Source: a virus. From it: 60,271 nt of DNA. The notes beneath the pieces are model-generated. The model did no database searches, was not told where the DNA came from, and saw only the letters and a list, made by a program, of their open reading frames with translations. The DNA lies in IMG/VR virus record IMGVR_UViG_3300044825_000512, positions 1 to 60,271 of that record, one strand, 5' to 3'. Below are positions 58,686-60,271 of this stretch, one piece after another (within the stretch, counting starts at the first letter, position 1; each line of letters begins with the position of its first letter). Both the position numbers and the translations under genes were made by a program.

Positions 58686-60271
58686 ATGAGCGAGAGACTT
58701 CTCGATAAGTTCCTCGAAAGTGATTCCATCAAACAAGCCGAGTTGCTTGCGATGCTCACACCTGAAGAGCGCCATGCCTTATCGGTCATGCTTGATGCTG
58801 AGTTAGAGAATCCATGGGCTAGATGGCAAAGCGACCCAGTTGGATTCGTTGAAGAAGGATTGGGCGAGACTCTTTGGAGTAAACAGAAAGAGATTCTCAA
58901 TTCCCTTTTGATAAATAAAAGAACAGTAGTTCCAGCCTGTCACGCGCCTGGGAAATCTCACCTTGCGGCGAGAGCAGTTGCGTGGTGGTTATCAACGCAT
59001 CCAGCGGGAACAGCGGTAGCAATTACAACAGCGACTACACACCGACAGGTGAGAAACATTATGTGGCCGCATATTCGAAGAGTTCATGCTAAACATAATC
59101 TGCCTGGGGAAGCCGATACGGTTCAATGGAAAATCAATGGCACCGTAGTTGGATACGGATTTAGTCCGAGCGCTCATGATGAAACAGCGGTTCAGGGTAT
59201 CCACGCTCCAAACCTTTTAGTTGTTGTTGATGAGGCTGGAGGTTTATCGGACACAATCGGTGGCGCACTTGAATCTCTCATGACGGGTGGAAATACAAAA
59301 CTCCTTGTACTTGGAAACCCTCCAACAGATACAGAACAAACATGGTTCGAAAGAATCTGCTCGAGTCCGCTTTACAATGTGATTCCGATTGGTGCCTATG
59401 ACACTCCTAACTTTACGGGTGAGGCTACGGGCAGATGTCGCTCATGTCCTGATTACATAGAAGCCCACGAAGTCAAGACTCACCTCGTTGATAAAACTTG
59501 GGTTGATGATGTCATTTCTGAATTCGGTGAGGATTCGCCATTCGTTGAAGCCCGTGTACTAGCGCAGTTCCCTAAGTCGAGTACGGGCAAAGTCATCCCG
59601 TTCGCATGGGCTGAGTTATCTACCGAGAATGAAACACCGCTTGAATCTAATCTGATTCGCCTTGGGGTGGATATTGCTTCAGATGGTGGAGATGAGTTCG
59701 TTATTGCTAGGGCTGACGGATACAAGGTAAGCATTGCTCATCGCTCATCGGGCAAGCAAAACGCCAACGCGGTTGATGTGGCTGGCGTGGTCATGCGAGA
59801 GATTGAAACCTGTATCAAGATTCATCAAGACCGAGGATTACGAGACCGAGTTCGAGTCAAGGTCGATACCATCGGATTAGGTTGGGGTGTTGTATCCATG
59901 TTGGATAGATGGGTCAAGGAGCGCCAGTTACCCGCTGACATTATTGGAGTCAATGTAGCCGAGAAGCCTAAAGACCAAGCCAAGTTCAAGAATCAAAGAG
60001 CCGAGATGTGGTGGAACGCCCGACAGTTGATACAGCCCAAGGATGGCAAGCAGGATGTCCGATTGAATGTAGATAGATTTGTTCTCTCGCAGTTGGCAGG
60101 ACCAACCTATACATCGGACGCATCGGGTCGAGTCGTGATTGAATCCAAGGTCGATATGAAGAAACGGGGTGTCGCTTCGCCTGACCGTGCTGAGGCAATA
60201 CTCTTAGCCCTCTACGAAAACCGCTCCGTCATTCAAAGCATCGCGCCAATCTCGATAGGACAATCAAACCC
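58686..60271 (+). CDS. terL: Terminase large subunit (runs off the window end; completed at 1..146)
   Basis: Hand-translated. Walker A ACHAPGKSH, Walker B LLVVVDEAG, and nuclease-domain motifs RLGVDIASDGGDEF and VDTIGLGWGV. There is no stop before 60271. Confidence 0.9.
   Translation, partial: MSERLLDKFLESDSIKQAELLAMLTPEERHALSVMLDAELENPWARWQSDPVGFVEEGLGETLWSKQKEILNSLLINKRTVVPACHAPGKSHLAARAVAWWLSTHPAGTAVAITTATTHRQVRNIMWPHIRRVHAKHNLPGEADTVQWKINGTVVGYGFSPSAHDETAVQGIHAPNLLVVVDEAGGLSDTIGGALESLMTGGNTKLLVLGNPPTDTEQTWFERICSSPLYNVIPIGAYDTPNFTGEATGRCRSCPDYIEAHEVKTHLVDKTWVDDVISEFGEDSPFVEARVLAQFPKSSTGKVIPFAWAELSTENETPLESNLIRLGVDIASDGGDEFVIARADGYKVSIAHRSSGKQNANAVDVAGVVMREIETCIKIHQDRGLRDRVRVKVDTIGLGWGVVSMLDRWVKERQLPADIIGVNVAEKPKDQAKFKNQRAEMWWNARQLIQPKDGKQDVRLNVDRFVLSQLAGPTYTSDASGRVVIESKVDMKKRGVASPDRAEAILLALYENRSVIQSIAPISIGQSN
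60145..60271. repeat. Direct terminal repeat identical to 1..127
   Basis: Exact 127-nt match to the start of the window. Confidence 0.95.

Noticed and set aside
1-60271. Looked for an integrase, excisionase, CI-like repressor or attP, and for CRISPR arrays or transposases
   Set aside because: No tyrosine or serine recombinase motifs, repressor/Cro pair or IS-like element were recognised in any translated ORF. The phage looks lytic. Small HTH proteins of unknown role exist, so lysogeny is not formally excluded.

Overview
The window is a complete, circularly closed tailed-phage genome. Its first 127 nt are identical to its last 127 nt, so the unique length is about 60.1 kb. The large terminase ORF runs off the right end and finishes at 146 on the left. 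It looks siphovirus-like: tape measure, two tail-tube paralogs and a G/GT-type chaperone, with no sheath gene. The host is probably an actinobacterium, judged from two WhiB-like genes, Pro/Thr-rich linkers, leaderless-type promoters and glycine-rich minor tail proteins.

Layout:
- 494..8294: a leftward block of small early genes, with a short rightward island at 2657..3927. It includes an HDAC-family deacetylase next to a proteasome-beta/HslV-like peptidase.
- 8475..16837: rightward genes. These include a metallopeptidase, a secreted lectin/PT-rich protein on the minus strand, a structured leader in front of a lysozyme-like gene, the WhiB pair and SSB.
- 16851..27831: head module. Portal, MuF, two large proteins with GNAT-like and RelA/SpoT-like effector domains, XkdF-type protease, scaffold, decoration protein and major capsid.
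- 27835..35321: a fibre cluster.
- 35321..36943: neck genes.
- 37338..40007: phosphoesterase and unknown genes.
- 40123..50026: tail genes.
- 50069..51161: lysis genes.
- 51218..54772: recombination and replication genes (Gam-like, ERF, initiator with internal iterons, HNH, RusA).
- 54769..end: an ATGA-coupled operon of C5-cytosine MTase, CmoA-like carboxy-SAM synthase, double ParB, terS and terL.

The most interesting call is the MTase/CmoA pair. The MTase has Arg where the conserved motif X Asn normally sits. Together the two genes are a candidate natural DNA 5-carboxymethylcytosine system.

Other notable items:
- a -1 frameshift site, A_AAA_AAG
- a KHG(D/E)HDQS(S/E)HG peptide motif repeated four times in head-module proteins
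- a conserved promoter/operator motif present at about a dozen intergenic sites
- a candidate riboswitch-like leader

All calls come from reading the sequence and ORF translations by eye. No database search was run.
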